Assembly: GCA_951406725.2 (NCBI GenBank)
Contig: OX597816.1
Location: forward strand, 142,414,001 to 142,478,000
Source: Octopus vulgaris
Lineage: Eukaryota
Direction of reading: 5' to 3'
DNA length: 64,000 nt
Both the position numbers and the translations under genes were made by a program. Of this stretch, positions 39,838 to 53,856 are shown piece after piece. Positions within the stretch are counted from its first letter, which is position 1. Every line of letters starts with the position of its first letter. The notes under the pieces were generated by a model, which was given only the letters and a program-made list of their open reading frames with translations, was not told the origin of the DNA and did not search any database.

Positions 39838-39871
<34 letters not shown>

Positions 39872-39876
<5 letters not shown>

Positions 39877-40771
39877 TACATATGTGGGAAATTCTGTGGG
39901 TGTGTTCATGGAGTTGTTAGCTAACTCCTCCTACATAGTTTTATCAATTTTGATGAAACTTGACACATCAGTAGAACTCGTGTCTGGAAACCTCATGGCA
40001 TACTCAGATTGTTGAAAAAAGTCGATAGTAGGGCCCCTGGAAAGGATCCTTATATTATCTAATATATTTCATTTTCACAGCCAAGGGAAATAACCCATAT
40101 GCCCAGATTTTAGCAGCCAAATGAAATGACCCATTCATTTTCCTAAATCATTTGGTATAAATCAAATTGAGTATGCTTATTTCTTAGTATTTGAACTGTT
40201 GGAGTTATTTTCGCAATTTATCCAGTACTACCCTTAAACAGGTAAATAGTATTTTCCTAAACATTAGATCCACTTATTTCAGTTAGTGACTCATTCACGA
40301 ATATACCAACACTAGTATCATTGAGGGTAATATTCTCTGGGAATGCACAAAAGCCCTTTTCAGAGTTATTTACTTTGAATTGTTATTATCTCATATCTGA
40401 GTAGCCTGTTATTACATAACATGCTTCACAATTTTCGTATACATATCTTATTAGTATTTCCTCCTAAGTTCTATTTTCTCTGGGAATGCTTTAAAGCCCT
40501 TTTTATGGCTACTTTATTTGAATTCTTACTATCAAGTAACAAATTCCATGTTATTACATAACTGACTTCATAATTTGGGTATTCATAACTTATTGGGAAT
40601 TCCTAAAAACAAAATTCTGTATAAGACAGTTTGGTATTCTCTGTAAATGCACAAAAACCATTTTAATGGCTACATACTTTGTATTGCTGTTATTGGATTA
40701 GCAAAACAATTATGAGAATGGAACCAAGGGATAAGCCCCACTTTCCCAGGAATTACTGGGTACATCAGCTA

Positions 40772-40772
<1 letters not shown>
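39872..40772 (+). mobile_element. Non-autonomous Helitron with internal ~150-bp tandem repeats
   Basis: 3' hairpin CCCAGGAATTACTGGG + TACATCAG-CTAG|T, embedded in (TA)n. TTCTCTGGGAATGC..AAAGCCCTTTT recurs at ~40333, ~40476 and ~40637. Confidence 0.8.
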
Positions 40773-40815
<43 letters not shown>

Positions 40816-41599
40816 ATTGAAATATCACTAACTCTGCAACCACAACTGGGTATTAATACCTTTACACAATAATGTGTTTAAGACACAAAAAATAATGTTA
40901 GAGCTTGTCAAAATTTTTGGTTTTGTTGTTTTCCCATTTGTTTGCTAAAATCATAATTATCTGTGAAAGATGTATGCTCAGTTAAAGCACTCTAAAATGT
41001 CTTAGTATATGAAATACATACACTAAAGAAATAGGGAAGAATATCACATATTTTGAATGTGACATATGGAATAACTGTATAGACTATTTTGCAAATGAAA
41101 TTGGGTTATAAAGAAGGGAGTTTCCAGAGCTGTTGTTATTGTGAAAAAAAAATTGGGTTGAAGGAAGGGAGTTTCCAGGTTTGTTAATGTAAGAAAGAAA
41201 GGGTGTTGAATGAAGTGAGTTTTCCTGATTAATCTCACCGCTTCTTTGACTTCTTTAGGAAGGTGATAGCTTTTATCAGATTATTTTCATGACTGATAGA
41301 AGTAACCTAGAGAAGGTAAGCCAAGTGCTTATGAGTTATAATTTCTAATCTACCACATAGGTAGTGCTCATCATCTTAGTGGTCTTAATAGCGATGATTA
41401 ATTCTATTGCAGTAGAATTATAACCTAAGCTTTGCTGATCAAAGCCAACAAAGGAACTATTTTAAGTGTGTGTGTGTGCACACCAGTGGTACAAAAATAG
41501 TACCTATTACATGCTGTAAAATGGTTGGTCTAGGAAGGGCATCCAGTCATAGAAACCATGCCATATGTATGTGTATGTATATATATATATAATATATAT

Positions 41600-41814
41600 A
41601 TGTGACCGCATGTGTACCGTTGGCGATTTTTTTTTTTTTTCCTCCGTCTTCCCTTCTCTGGATCTTTCCTTCTCCTATGTTACTGATGAAGAGCTCCGCT
41701 CGAAACGTAAAACCCTCCTTCTTCCCTCCCTTCCTGAGCATCCAATAATACTATATTTGTTCCATGTCCTCGCGTTGTTGTGTTTTCTCTTTGTGTTTTC
41801 ATGTTTGGATTAAC

Positions 41815-41815
<1 letters not shown>
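41600..41815 (+). mobile_element. Hammerhead-bearing non-autonomous element (Penelope terminal repeat/retrozyme-like) in (TA)n
   Basis: GTTA-CTGATGA-A-GAGC(TCC)GCTC-GAAACGTA-AAAC at 41679-41713. Flanked by TA repeats. Second copy at 27608-27822. Confidence 0.8.
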
Positions 41816-41884
<69 letters not shown>

Positions 41885-42005
41885 GTTGTCAAGTACGAAA
41901 TTTGTAGAAAAAAGAAAGTTTGCTAATGTTTTATAAATACAAGGAATAGTTATATTCCTCGAAGTATGCTGTCAAAGTTTACCTTACTACAAATTTCATC
42001 TTGAT

Positions 42006-42071
<66 letters not shown>

Positions 42072-42072
<1 letters not shown>

Positions 42073-42464
42073 CTTTATATATAAAAGTCAAGTTGTGTGT
42101 CTGTCTCCTACGATTTAGATTCCTAACTACTCCCACATTTTGCGGTGCAGTTTAACCAAAACCAGGTATCTTATAGTTGTGATTCATATCTGGGTATTAG
42201 TGTGCGTCTACAATGAGTCTACGATTTTAAAAAAAATTTACCATCATTTTTTTTCCATTTTAATGCATTTTTTTCGCTATTATATAAGGGAAGTAACTCT
42301 CTAAAAATGTCTACGATGAGTCAACGATTTTTAAAAAAATTTACCATAATTTTTTTTTTCCATTTTTAATGCATGTTTTTGCTATTTTTTGGCTATAACT
42401 TTCTAAAAATGCTTATATAGTTATTTCCCTTACAAACCCGAGCATCGCCGGGCGATACTGCTAG
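42072..42464 (+). mobile_element. Non-autonomous Helitron
   Basis: A|TCTTTATATATAAAAG start, CCCGAGCATCGCCGGG hairpin, CTAG|T end. Homologous to 9647-10029. Confidence 0.92.
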
Positions 42465-42476
42465 TATATATATATA

Positions 42477-42661
42477 TAGAACAAGTAGTAAGATAAATTT
42501 TATTCAACACATAGATACTGAACAGTATATATATAAAGGATAAAATCTTTTTAAAGCAGAAAAATTTGTCAGCAGCCAACCATGAGGACAAATTTTATCC
42601 TTTATATATATACCGTTCAGTATCTATGCGTTGAATAAAATTTATCTTTCTACTTGTTCTA
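42477..42661. repeat. 70-bp inverted repeat with 45-bp spacer
   Basis: 42477-42546 vs 42592-42661, 3 mismatches by eye. Confidence 0.92.
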
Positions 42662-42747
42662 CAATATATTTCAATGCCTCGAAAACAAACTTATTTGTTT
42701 ACATATGGTGTAATATATGTATGTGTGTATATATGTGTGTATATATG

Positions 42748-42810
<63 letters not shown>

Positions 42811-44730
42811 TTTTCTATGATCATTCAGTTTTTATTTTACTGTATGCTTCCCTGAACTACAGGACTTGAACATGCAATTCTTATCTGAAAGATACAGTAT
42901 ACTTTTGACTTTTGTTTTTTTTAACCTCATCTACTTGCCAGCTGTGATCATGTTGCCTTTTCAGATGTAGTATATCTGGGACTATATTATCATATGTGTC
43001 CTTCTTTTCTAAGATGGTAAGATGCAATTTGAGGGAGATTTGACTGATATTTCTAGTACGTCAAGCACGTAGAGACTTGTCATTAGCTTGTCATAATTTA
43101 ATGTTTATGTAGATAGTAACTATAAAGCGTCAGAATTTCGTGTCTAAGCCTGAAGTTATTACAGCTTTTCACATTTGTTTCTCTCTCAGAACTTTCTCAT
43201 CGATCATGAAGAATGGTTCCTAAATCTTACGTGCTTCATAATCACTGAATTTTCACAAAAGCTAATTTTCCAAGGACTCTTTCATTCTCTAATGTCTTTT
43301 ATATCGGTTTTATTAATTTTCCAGTTTGCTTATTAGTAAATGTGGTTGCTATTCATTCTATATTGATTCATTCATCATGTTACACAGCTGCAGACAACAG
43401 CCTTGGTGATTCTCCTTCAGTCTTTCATTACACTAAGAGTAGCTTACCTCTCTGTTAAGATTAATGCTATACATAGAGCTTTTATCTTAAATCATCATCA
43501 TTTTAATATAACTACTGCAAGTAACATTTCACTTTCCACTTTCCATGCTTGTATAAATCAGATGAGTCTGTTTGACCACATGTCTTTATGTTCCTTAAGC
43601 TGTTGATAATTAACTCCCTCAATTTTACTTCTTCAACTATCCTACTCCCATCCCTTCCTTTTAATATGTATATCATCAATCACTTGTCTTCAGGCTTTCT
43701 TCACTTGGCTTCCCTTTGCCTAGTTCTTTGTCTTTTCATCAGCACTCTCCTTTCTGTCAGACAATCCATATCTTAGTGGACAGAATCTAACACCTTTCTT
43801 CCAATTATTAATATTATTTTTTATTATTTCATTATTAGTTTCTGTTTTGTTTTTGAAGCATTTATAGTCTGTCAATTTTTGAAACATTTATAATCTGTCA
43901 GAAATAAGAAAATAGCTTTCAAAATTAATTTAGTATAGAATGTTTTGATGATAAACTTTTGTCTGGATAAATGATAGATGGAAGGTGTCATTGTGGTTTA
44001 ATTGGTGAAATGTTCAAAATTGCCAAAATGAAATTAGATTGTAATTTGTTGAGAATGTAATTTTCTTAACCATTTTAGGAATATCGATGGAAATATCTGT
44101 ATTCTTCCCAACTTACTGATAGAAATCATGCACAACATTATTTTTTTGTACACTTACGTATTAAATAAGACATTAAAACATTTTCTGATCATAATCACTT
44201 GTTTTAAATTTTATCTAGTTTCAAGGCTTCTGCTCTGTGAAACAGAGATTTTCTCTTCAACTTGATATTTTGATATTACCTTAATTACTTAGAAATACTC
44301 AACAACCTACAGACAACAGAGATGTAAAAAAGAATGTGTTTGGGGTTTTTAAAAAAGTAGTTTGAACTAATGGTGGTGAGTGCATATAGTAAGAGTTGTA
44401 AATTAAATTTCTAAGACATCAGGTCCTTGGAGTGATGTTTTGCAGTATCTGTTATAGCTCTTTGCATTGTGACAGCAGCATCTGCAATGACACAGATAGC
44501 AACTGTACCAGTCCAAGTCAGCAGCCTTTTCCTCAGATAAACACCACTAGAGAGGGGACACTTAGCATGGGCAACTGCTAGTCATCTTCAAAAAATCTTG
44601 TCTAGGCTTGTGTATACATTTGCAGCTGCATGCTCACCATTGACTAACAGTGCTCCTATGCTTAATGACTTGATGACTATTGAAAGAAAGTGAGAATGTT
44701 AACCTATTTCTTCAAATAATTAATATTTAA

Positions 44731-44942
44731 CCCTTTAGCATTCAGATTATTCAGTAATGTGTAATGCTTATTCATGTTCTGAATTAATCATGCATTATCT
44801 CATTGCCTTGAGATGTTGATGATGTGATTTTTAATTCTTAGAATGACTTTGTGGGGTCGTGTGAGAGGCTGAATCTGGTCAGTTTGAACATAAAACTGAT
44901 AGATTATATGTACCAGTTATGGTTGGTTTAAATGCTAAAAGG
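44731..44942. mobile_element. TTAA-flanked MITE (piggyBac-like termini)
   Basis: TTAA|CCCTTTAGCATT ... AATGCTAAAAGG|TTAA. Confidence 0.8.
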
Positions 44943-45614
44943 TTAACCTTTCCCTGAATATTTTTAAATACTACCAAAATTTCAAATCAGCATGGAAGTT
45001 CATAGTTCAGTAAGCATTTTCAGAACTTGTTGCATTCAATTCATTGTCTAGTCTGTACATATCCAGGGAGTTGTTAATAACAGCAAAACAGATGAGAAGA
45101 ATTTATTATTGAGGAACTGCTTCAATTGTCATCATTTATTAAGCTGGAATGTAATTGTTGCTACAGATATTTGCTGGTGCATCATCATCATCACATTAAC
45201 TTTTCCCAATCTAGCATTGGTTGAACAAAACTTCTGATGCCAAACCTTACCTATTGCCAAGTAAGGTCACATGTCTTCACAACATCAAACTGTCAAGCTG
45301 CTGGACTTTTTGTTTAAGGGGAACATAAACACATCACTGTTGCCCAGGCTCTGTCAATGTAAAGATAAACACACATACAAGCACAAAATATACACACAAG
45401 CACACACACCACACACACTAGGCTTCTATTTTCTGGTTTCTATTTGCCAAATCTTACTCAAAATGTTGAATAACTCAAGGTTACAGCTGAAGATACTTGT
45501 CCAAAGTGCCATACAGTTGGATGGAACCTGAAGCTACAGAGTTGCAAAGTGAACCTTTAATCACAGTCATATTTGTAACTATATAGTGCATATCAATGTC
45601 TTATTAGTAAGACT

Positions 45615-45835
45615 AGTGACAAGCTGACAGAATCATTAGCACCTTAGACAAAATGCTTAGTGGCATTTCTTCCAAGTCCTTACATACTGAGCTCAATTCA
45701 CACCAGGATCAACTATGCCTTTCATTTTTTTGGGGTCAATAAAATAAAGTACCAATCAAGTACTGAGGTCAGTGTAATCAACTTGCCCCTTCCCTTAAGA
45801 TTGCTGCCCTTGTGCCAAATTTTGAAAGCATTATT
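45615..45835 (+). mobile_element. SINE family B (solo copy)
   Basis: AAGCTGACAGAATCATTAGCA..GCCTTTCAT..GGGGTCAATAAAATAAAGTACC..CTTGTGCCAAATTTTGAAAGC-ATTATT. Confidence 0.8.
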
Positions 45836-45931
45836 AGTTGAAGAGACAGTGATTTTAGAATAGTGTGCACGTGTAATACCAAATATTCTTGAGTAAGCAA
45901 TCACTATGCACTTAAAAAAGGCAGGCTGTTA

Positions 45932-46107
45932 GTTAGCTATAGCTGTGTGGTAAGAAGCTTGCTTCCAAACCACATGTTTCCAGGTTCAGTCCCACTGCAT
46001 AGCACCTTGGGCAAGTGTCTTCTACTATAAACTTTGGCCAACCAAAGCTTTGTGAGTAGATTTGGTAGATAGAAACTAAAAGAAACTTGTCATATATATA
46101 TATATAT

Positions 46108-46141
<34 letters not shown>

Positions 46142-46303
46142 CTACATCCCCTGTAACTTAGTAGGTTCAGCAAATGAGAACAGAATAAATACCAGGCTTA
46201 AAAGAAAAGTCCTGAGGTTGATTAATTCAACTAAAAAGATTCTTTAGGGTGGTGTCTCTGCATGGCTGCAGTCTAATGACTGAAACAAGTAAAAGATAAA
46301 AGA
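45932..46303 (+). mobile_element. CORE-SINE family A
   Basis: Head, CACCTTGGGCAAGTGTCTT core, microsatellite and ATGACTGAAACAAGTAAAAGA tail. Confidence 0.88.
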
Positions 46304-46984
46304 TATTTCTAAGTGGTTTCAGTTTCACCCTGTATATGAGCAGAGAGTATGTACAGTATATCATGAACTAGAAAGATTTATATTTTTGAAGATTTTTTTG
46401 TGTTTGTTTTGTGAACAAGATATTTGGAAATTAAACAAGACAGGTGTTGGACTTGATACATTGGTACAGCTGAATTTTTCTAAGTTGTGCTGGTTGTTAT
46501 ATCATTTGTGTGCTGTATGATGTACATCATTGGTTTACAGTATTTTAATCTTAACTGTATGATTGAGAAATAGTTGGTTTTGTGTGGTACTGTTTTAATT
46601 TAGACTAGGCCAGAGGTAGTTCATTAAGCAACTAGGTATGATCCAGGAGTTCCTTACTCCAGTATATCATGCTTCCACTTAGCTGAGGACTGTACTGTAC
46701 ACTCTGACATTCACTGGTCTATCATATCATTCCTTCTAAGAAGGAATAGCAAATTGGAATGAAATACATTTGTTTTACTCAATGAAGTTGTTTCCAGAGC
46801 ACAGTTTCAAAAAATGTCTTAATTATATTTGAATTTATTTTCTCTTTGTATAGTTGATGCTAAGGAGGCAGGTGTAGGAGAGTATAAGTATGCTGAAAAA
46901 GTGCTAGTCTTCAAATTTCAAGGACTGCAATAATAGAGTTGTCTACATGTTGGATGAAAGCTTGTTGGCAGAGAAAAAAATGTA

Positions 46985-47032
<48 letters not shown>

Positions 47033-48075
47033 ATTATTTCATTTTTACATTAGCTTTTGCCATACTGGTATCAGCTTGACAAATCTTATTGAGACACCCA
47101 GATACCTTTCCTGTTGCAAAACTTCATTCATCTTGTAAAGTATTTTTTTCCCCTGGTCTTTACACATTGAACCACATGAAACTTTTGAGCTACAGGACAT
47201 ATTTTTCACAGGTGATATTAATAATACCACAGTTGCTCACATGGCACCAGTATGAAGACTCAGAAACAATCATATATTTATACACACACACACCTCCATA
47301 CAGTTTCCCTCTACCAAGTTTCATCCACAAGGTGTTAGTCATTTCAGTGATCTAATTGCAAACACTTGTCCGGGGTGCCACGTATTCAAATGGAATCTAC
47401 TTAGTTGCAAAATGAACTTTGCAGCCTTCAACTTTTTCTATCTCAAAGGCTTTTTCAGCCTAACATTTGTGTTATTATTTAAAATTTTATGTGATGTAGC
47501 TCAAAAGTCAATGTTCCAAAAGAGAATTAGTTTGTGTTCTCTCATAACTTTATAAAATTCTTGTGATCTTAATATACACACACACACACACGTATATAGT
47601 AATAATAATAGTAATATTTTCTTTATTAGCCACAAATGCTCAGAGAGCTAGAAAAAATATGAAGTAATATTAAAGGCTCACAAAGACATCTAGGGTGAGA
47701 TGAAGAAGTTATACAAAGACAAAGGGGCGAATGAAAGATGTTATATATTATTGGATGAATTAAAAATTTATAAGACACAAAAATTGACATAATTTTTTTT
47801 TTTTTAGAAAGCATGATAAAACAATAATTAAAACAAGATCTTTATGTAAAATTTAAATCTCCACCTACATTAACTAGGGTACCCCACTTCCCTAACAATA
47901 CCTGCTTCATCATATTATTGGAGATTGGTAATTTCAAAATCTTCTGTGATGAGTTCTTGTGTTATATTAGGCAAATGAGAGGACATGTCTTCTGGATCAT
48001 AGAAATAAAATACTTCATGATGTCTGTCAAATTTGAACTAATTTATTTTAAAACAGCATTTTCCTGCTGCTTTAA

Positions 48076-48296
48076 CCCTTTAGCATTTAAACCGGCCATA
48101 TCCAGCCAAAAGTATTCTGCTTGTTTTATGTTCAAACTGGCCAGATCTGGTCTCTCACACCAACCCTACAATATTGTTTTAAAAATTAACAGCTACCTCA
48201 TCAAAATCTCATTGCTACAAGATAATGCATGATTAATTCAAAACAATGTGGATGAAGAAGCATTTATTTTGGTAGAATAATGCAAACACTAAAGGG
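48076..48296. mobile_element. TTAA-flanked MITE (piggyBac-like termini)
   Basis: TTAA|CCCTTTAG ... CTAAAGGG|TTAA. Opposite-orientation homologue of 44731-44942. Confidence 0.85.
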
Positions 48297-50590
48297 TTAA
48301 ATGGGATGCCATTTCTTTCTCAATCCATACTTCATTGGAATATCCTTCTATAGATGGTATAAATGTTTTATTAGAACTTTGATATTCATGCAAATGATTG
48401 CGAATTTCATTTCATTCAGGTAAAATAAACTAGTTCCATCCTGCTCAGAGGTCTTTGGTTCTCCTTCATGAGAGTTGGTTCTTCCTCAGCAAAGACAGTT
48501 TCTTTTCCATGGGGTTGTTCTCCACTTCACAATGTTTTTAGCTTGGGTGGTGACATTCATTGGCTCTTTTTCAATTCTTGTTTGTTTTGCTTTGCTTTAT
48601 TTTTAATGTTTGTTTTTCCCCATCAACCTCTGGTTCTCATCTTCATAAATGAATGGCTGATGCTGCTATGAAGTGGTACTTCCTGATAGTTTCAGGTTTG
48701 TTGTTCTTGCAGTGGTTCACGTCTCCTTGACTTTGTTGTTTGTGGCTGAGGTCTCATAGCTCACTCCTGGTAATGCCAACTTGCAAGTTGTGCCTGGTGT
48801 CACTCCAGGACTAACAACTTCCATGATTTGTTGGTTATTGTGTTTGTTCTTTGAGATTTTCTCTGCAGAAAGCTTTTAATTGAACTTTGGTACCAGATGT
48901 TCAACCAACTAACAGCCAGGCTGTATACTTTGGATGCTGAACTTTAAGGTCCTCCTATCAGCACCCTATGCGGGACATAGTTCTGGTATTGTTTTGTGAC
49001 TTTGCAAGGTCATGAGGTCGTGTATATCCATGGTGATCCCACTCAACCAGTATCATCAAATGATACATCAGCACTGACCACCTACCCATATTCTGCTACA
49101 AAGATGACTGTTAGCCAAGGTGGTCATTATCACTGGTGTTCCTGACACTGTCCTTTGTGCTCCTACTTTCTAAATGCTGTGGGACCAGCAGATATGAGTA
49201 AGTGTATTGCACATTATTTTGCCATGCACTTTCACTTCATACTTAGTCTTAAAGATGACATATATAGCACCATATGCCCCCCTCTTACCTTGTAAGATAT
49301 TCTGCTTGAAATGTTTACCGGGTTGTCACTAATTCATGTTTCAATGGCATTAAATAATCTATTGTGTGCTTGGTCATGCATAGAAGATGCTCACAATACG
49401 ACCATTAGGGCATGGCTTAAGCATACAGGGCTCAATAAGCCTAACCAACTTATAGAAATACCAACCCAATAACATGCTAAGAACAGGTGACAGTCAAGTT
49501 CCATGATCACTGAAGCCTGTAGGCAAAGTATATGAAGAAATGGCTGAATATTCCACAGTTTAGATCCATTGTCAAGATTGCAGAGCAAGACAGTTGTTGG
49601 TCTTGAATCTGAGTCTTAACCAGTCATCTGGTACTTTGTTTTTAACTGACATATAGACTAATTGGTAATCTGTTGTTTGAGACTAAACTAGATTAGTTCT
49701 GTATAGTTACTGATGTCTAGGTGACCTGATTTGTAATCTTAAACTGAATTTAAGTTGATTTGTTACTTATTCATGATACTTAATTGAACTGAGGTTATGG
49801 ATGCTATACAGTGTTCTTCACAGGAACATAACAGATTTGAACTCGCTTCAATCATCCTACCTCTATTTGATCATTTTACAATGCATACATGTGCACATAA
49901 ACACAATTACTGCCTGTAGACACAAACACACATGTGCACACGCATACAGCAAGTACATTTAACACCCACACATGCACCCTCATTCAACATATACAATTCA
50001 ATATACACATGCACACACATACCAATATGGAAAATGGATGTTAAATGATGGTGATTACAATGACACATGCACACACATTCACTACATACACATTGCATAC
50101 AACATTACTCCATCATTATCTCAGTTACAAAGTGACATTCAAGCTATTAATGTTTAGCCCTTGGTGAACATTGATTAAGCAAACCTATGATCAAATGCAT
50201 TCCACTTGTAACCATCTCATGTTTCTCCTATGTGGGAGAATCTAGGACCATATTATCTGGAATGTTCCTTCTTAAGATTGTAGTGTTTAATTTTAGAAAG
50301 ATTTTACTGTTGTTTCTGAATTGTCGACTGCAGAACTCATAGTGTTCCTGATGATGTAGCTGTTGCTGTTGGTGGTATTGGTTGTGGTGGTGATAGTGTA
50401 GTGGAGATATTGAAATTAGGGTGTTGGTGGTTGAGTGCAATATCTTGATAATTCCAATGTATTAAATGCTTTATGGTATCCTGTCTCCTTGTTGCCTTTA
50501 GTTTGTTCCTACGTTCTCAGCCATGAAATTAACATGGAAAGAATATTTCTATTTTTTCCCGTTTTTGCCTGAGACTTTTCTTTTCTCCAT

Positions 50591-50624
<34 letters not shown>

Positions 50625-51550
50625 TCATGTAGTTAAAAATCTTGTTTTGGAACTAAATCGTTTAATAGTTTACTTACACTGTGTGGGCACTATTTGGTGT
50701 CTTCAACAATAGCTGTGTATAAACCAAATCCATACAGATGAAATTTGGTAAATGGAAACTGTAAGAAGCCTGTTTTATGTGCATGTGTGTGAGTGAGCAT
50801 GTGTTTGTTCATGACTGCCCTGTTGTCTTGACATGTATAGACTAATTGTAAATGATAGTCATCATCATACAACCGGTGTTATTTCTTTGCAGTCTTCCAT
50901 GAAAATATGTTTTGCTATTGAGCTGCTCATTGTTGTGGGGAAAATTTTTACTGTAATCATTAGCTAACTAGAAAACAACATGAAATTTGGCAAAGGGAAG
51001 GGTTTCCAGCTGTAGAAGAATCTGCCTCAACAAATTTCATCTAACCCATGCATGCATGGGAAAGTGGACATCATCATCATCATCATTATTATTTTTATTA
51101 TTATCAAGGCAGCAAGCTGGCAGAATTGTTAACACATCGAGTGAAATGCTCAGTGGTATTTCATCTGCCTTCATATTCTGAGTTCAAATTTCGTCGAGGT
51201 CAACTTTGCTGTTCATCCTTTCAGGGTTGATAAGTTAAGTAACAGTGAAACACTGAGGTTGATGTACGTGACTCATCCCCAAAAAAAGTTGACCTTGTGG
51301 CAAAATTTGAAAGCATTATTATTATTATTATTATTATTATCATCATCATCATTATTAAGGCAGCAAACTGGCAGAATTGCTAGCACACTGGATGAAATTC
51401 TTACCAGTATTTTGCTTGTTGCTATGTTCTGAGTTCATATTCTGCTGAGATCAGCTTTGCCTTTCATCTTTTCAGGGTCAGTAAATTAAGTACCAATGAA
51501 ATTCTGGAGTCAATATAATCGATTAGTCCCCTCCCCAAAAAGTTCAGGCC

Positions 51551-51584
<34 letters not shown>

Positions 51585-52470
51585 CATCATTATTATGTAA
51601 GGCAGCAAGCTGGCAGAATCATTAACATAGTGGACAAAATACTTAGTGGCATTTCATCCATCACTGCATCCTGAGTTCAAATTCTGCCAAGTTTGACTTT
51701 ACCTTTCAATAAAATAAGTATCAGTTGAGCACTTGATATAATTGTCTTAACCCCTTCCTCAAAATTGCTGATTCTGTGCCAAAGTTTGAAACCACCATCA
51801 TTATTATTTGAGTTGGCAGAATTGTTAATGCACCAGGCAAAATGCTTAGTAACATTTCATCCAGCTTCATATTATGAGTTCAAATTCCACCAAGGTCAGC
51901 TTTACTTTTCATCCTTTTGGAGTCGATAAAATAAGTACCAGTTGAGTACTGGGCTTGATGTAATCAACTTACACCCTCCCCCGAAACTGCTGGTCTTGTG
52001 CCAAAATTTGAAATCATTATTATTATAAAGAAGGTGGCAAGCTGGCAGTATTGTTACCTTATGGGAGAAAATGCTCAACAGCATTTTGTCCAACTTTACA
52101 TTCTGAGTTCAAATTCTGATAAAGTTGACTTTGCCTTTCATTCTTTCAGGGTCGATAAAATAAGTACCAGTTGAGCACTGAGGCTGATGTAACTGACTTT
52201 CCTCCTGCCCTGAACTTGCTGGTTTTGTACCAAAATCTGAAACCATACTAGCAGAATCATTACCGTGCCAGGCAAAATGCTTAGAAGCATTTTGTTCATC
52301 TTTACATTCTGAGTTTTTAAACTCCATTGAAAACAACTTTGCCTTTCATCATTTTGGGGTCAATAAAATGAGTATTACTTGAGTAATGGGGTCAATGTAA
52401 TTGACCAGTCTCCTCCCCCCAAATTTCAGGCATTGTGCCTTTAGTAGAAAGGACTATTGTTATTATTATT

Positions 52471-52942
52471 GAGAGAGCAGTGCATGCTATCAAAGTGACA
52501 CTGGGGTAAAATATACGAAGCCCAGTATACCTATCATGACTACCCATATGATAAGGGTACATCAGCACATGCATCACAACCATATGTGCATGACATGGTG
52601 ATCTCATATCAAGATAAACAGCACATGACCTTGCAGGTGGGGCCCAGTTAAAACGGTCCCTGAATAAGGGTTGTTGAACAAAATACCAATGTTTCCAGAG
52701 ATGAATTATTGAAATCCCAAAAAATTCCTCTCAGCACATGGTTACGATGCTCCCCCACTACTCTGCTCATGATCAGAGATGCATATATCGACAGCCACTA
52801 AGGGTTATGCTCAACTGGTTAAGGTAAAGCAACTGACAAGCAAATCTGGTATTGAGCAGAATATTTGCTGTAGCCCATCTTTTATACCAAGACAAAACAA
52901 TGTACATGATAACACTTCCAATCAGTTAAGATCAGAAGGGCC
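52471..52942 (-). mobile_element. Non-autonomous element in (TAA)n, copy 1 (with deletions)
   Basis: Homologous to 53025-53580 and bounded by TTA repeats. Strand inferred from an (AAT)n tail. Confidence 0.8.
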
Positions 52943-53024
52943 ACTATTATTATTATTATTATTATTATTATGCCTTGTGCCTATAGTAGAAAGGATTATT
53001 ATTATTATTATTATTATTATTATT

Positions 53025-53580
53025 GAGTGAGAGAGCAGTTCATGCCATCAAAGTGACACTGGGGTAAAATATACGAAGCCCAATATACCCATCATGACTA
53101 CCCGTCTGATAAAGGTACACCAGGCACATGCATCACAACCATATGTGCGCGACATGGTGATCTCATATCAAGATAAACAGCACATGACCTTGCAGGTGGG
53201 GCCCAGTTAGAATTTTCTTCAGGTTGAGTAGCCCATCCCGCTCAAACGGTCCCTGAATAAGGGTTGTTTAAGGATGTTGAAAGAACCACCCATGTTTCCA
53301 GAGGTGAACTATTCAAACCCCAAAGAATCCCTCTCAACACATGGCTATGATGCTCCCCTACTACTTCTGCTCGTGATCAGAGATGCACATATCGTCAGCC
53401 ACTAAGGGACATGCTCAACTGGTTAAGGTCAAACAACTGACAAGCAAATCTGTGGTATTGAGCAGAATATTTGCTGTAGCCCATCTTTTATACCAAGACA
53501 AAACAATGTACATGATAACACTTCCAATCAGTTAAGATCAGAAGCCATGAGAGCCACTGCCTGGTACTGCATCAGGGCAT
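53025..53580 (-). mobile_element. Non-autonomous element in (TAA)n, copy 2 (more complete)
   Basis: GAGTGAGAGAGCAG...GCCTGGTACTGCATCAGGGCAT on +, with (TTA)n on both sides. Confidence 0.8.
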
Positions 53581-53820
53581 TTTATTATTATTATTATTAT
53601 TATAGCAGTGAGCTGACAGAATTGTGAACATGCTGGATGAAATGCTTAGCAGTATTTCATCTGCCACTATGTTCTGAGTTCAAATTCCGCTGTTGTCGAC
53701 TTTGCCTTTCATCCTCTCGAGGTTGATTAAATAAGTTTCAGTTACGCACTGGGGTTGATGTAATTGACTTAATCCCTTTCCCCAAATTTGAGGCCTTGTG
53801 CTTCCAGTAGAAAGGATTAA

Positions 53821-53856
<36 letters not shown>

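Noticed and set aside
46853-46932. Possible exon after TTTTCTCTTTGTATAG encoding DAKEAGVGEYKY...
   Set aside because: No convincing donor before the stop and no resemblance to the host gene.
48420-49620. Possible LTR-retrotransposon pol remnant on the minus strand
   Set aside because: Only scattered short motifs (DNGS, YWLSGI), too decayed to support by eye.
50594-50630. Long poly-T followed by AG (acceptor-like)
   Set aside because: No credible reading frame or donor follows. Probably a simple homopolymer.
53555-53580. U2 stem-loop IV-like string (CCTGATGCAGTACCAGG on minus strand)
   Set aside because: Only a ~9-nt match with no other U2 similarity.
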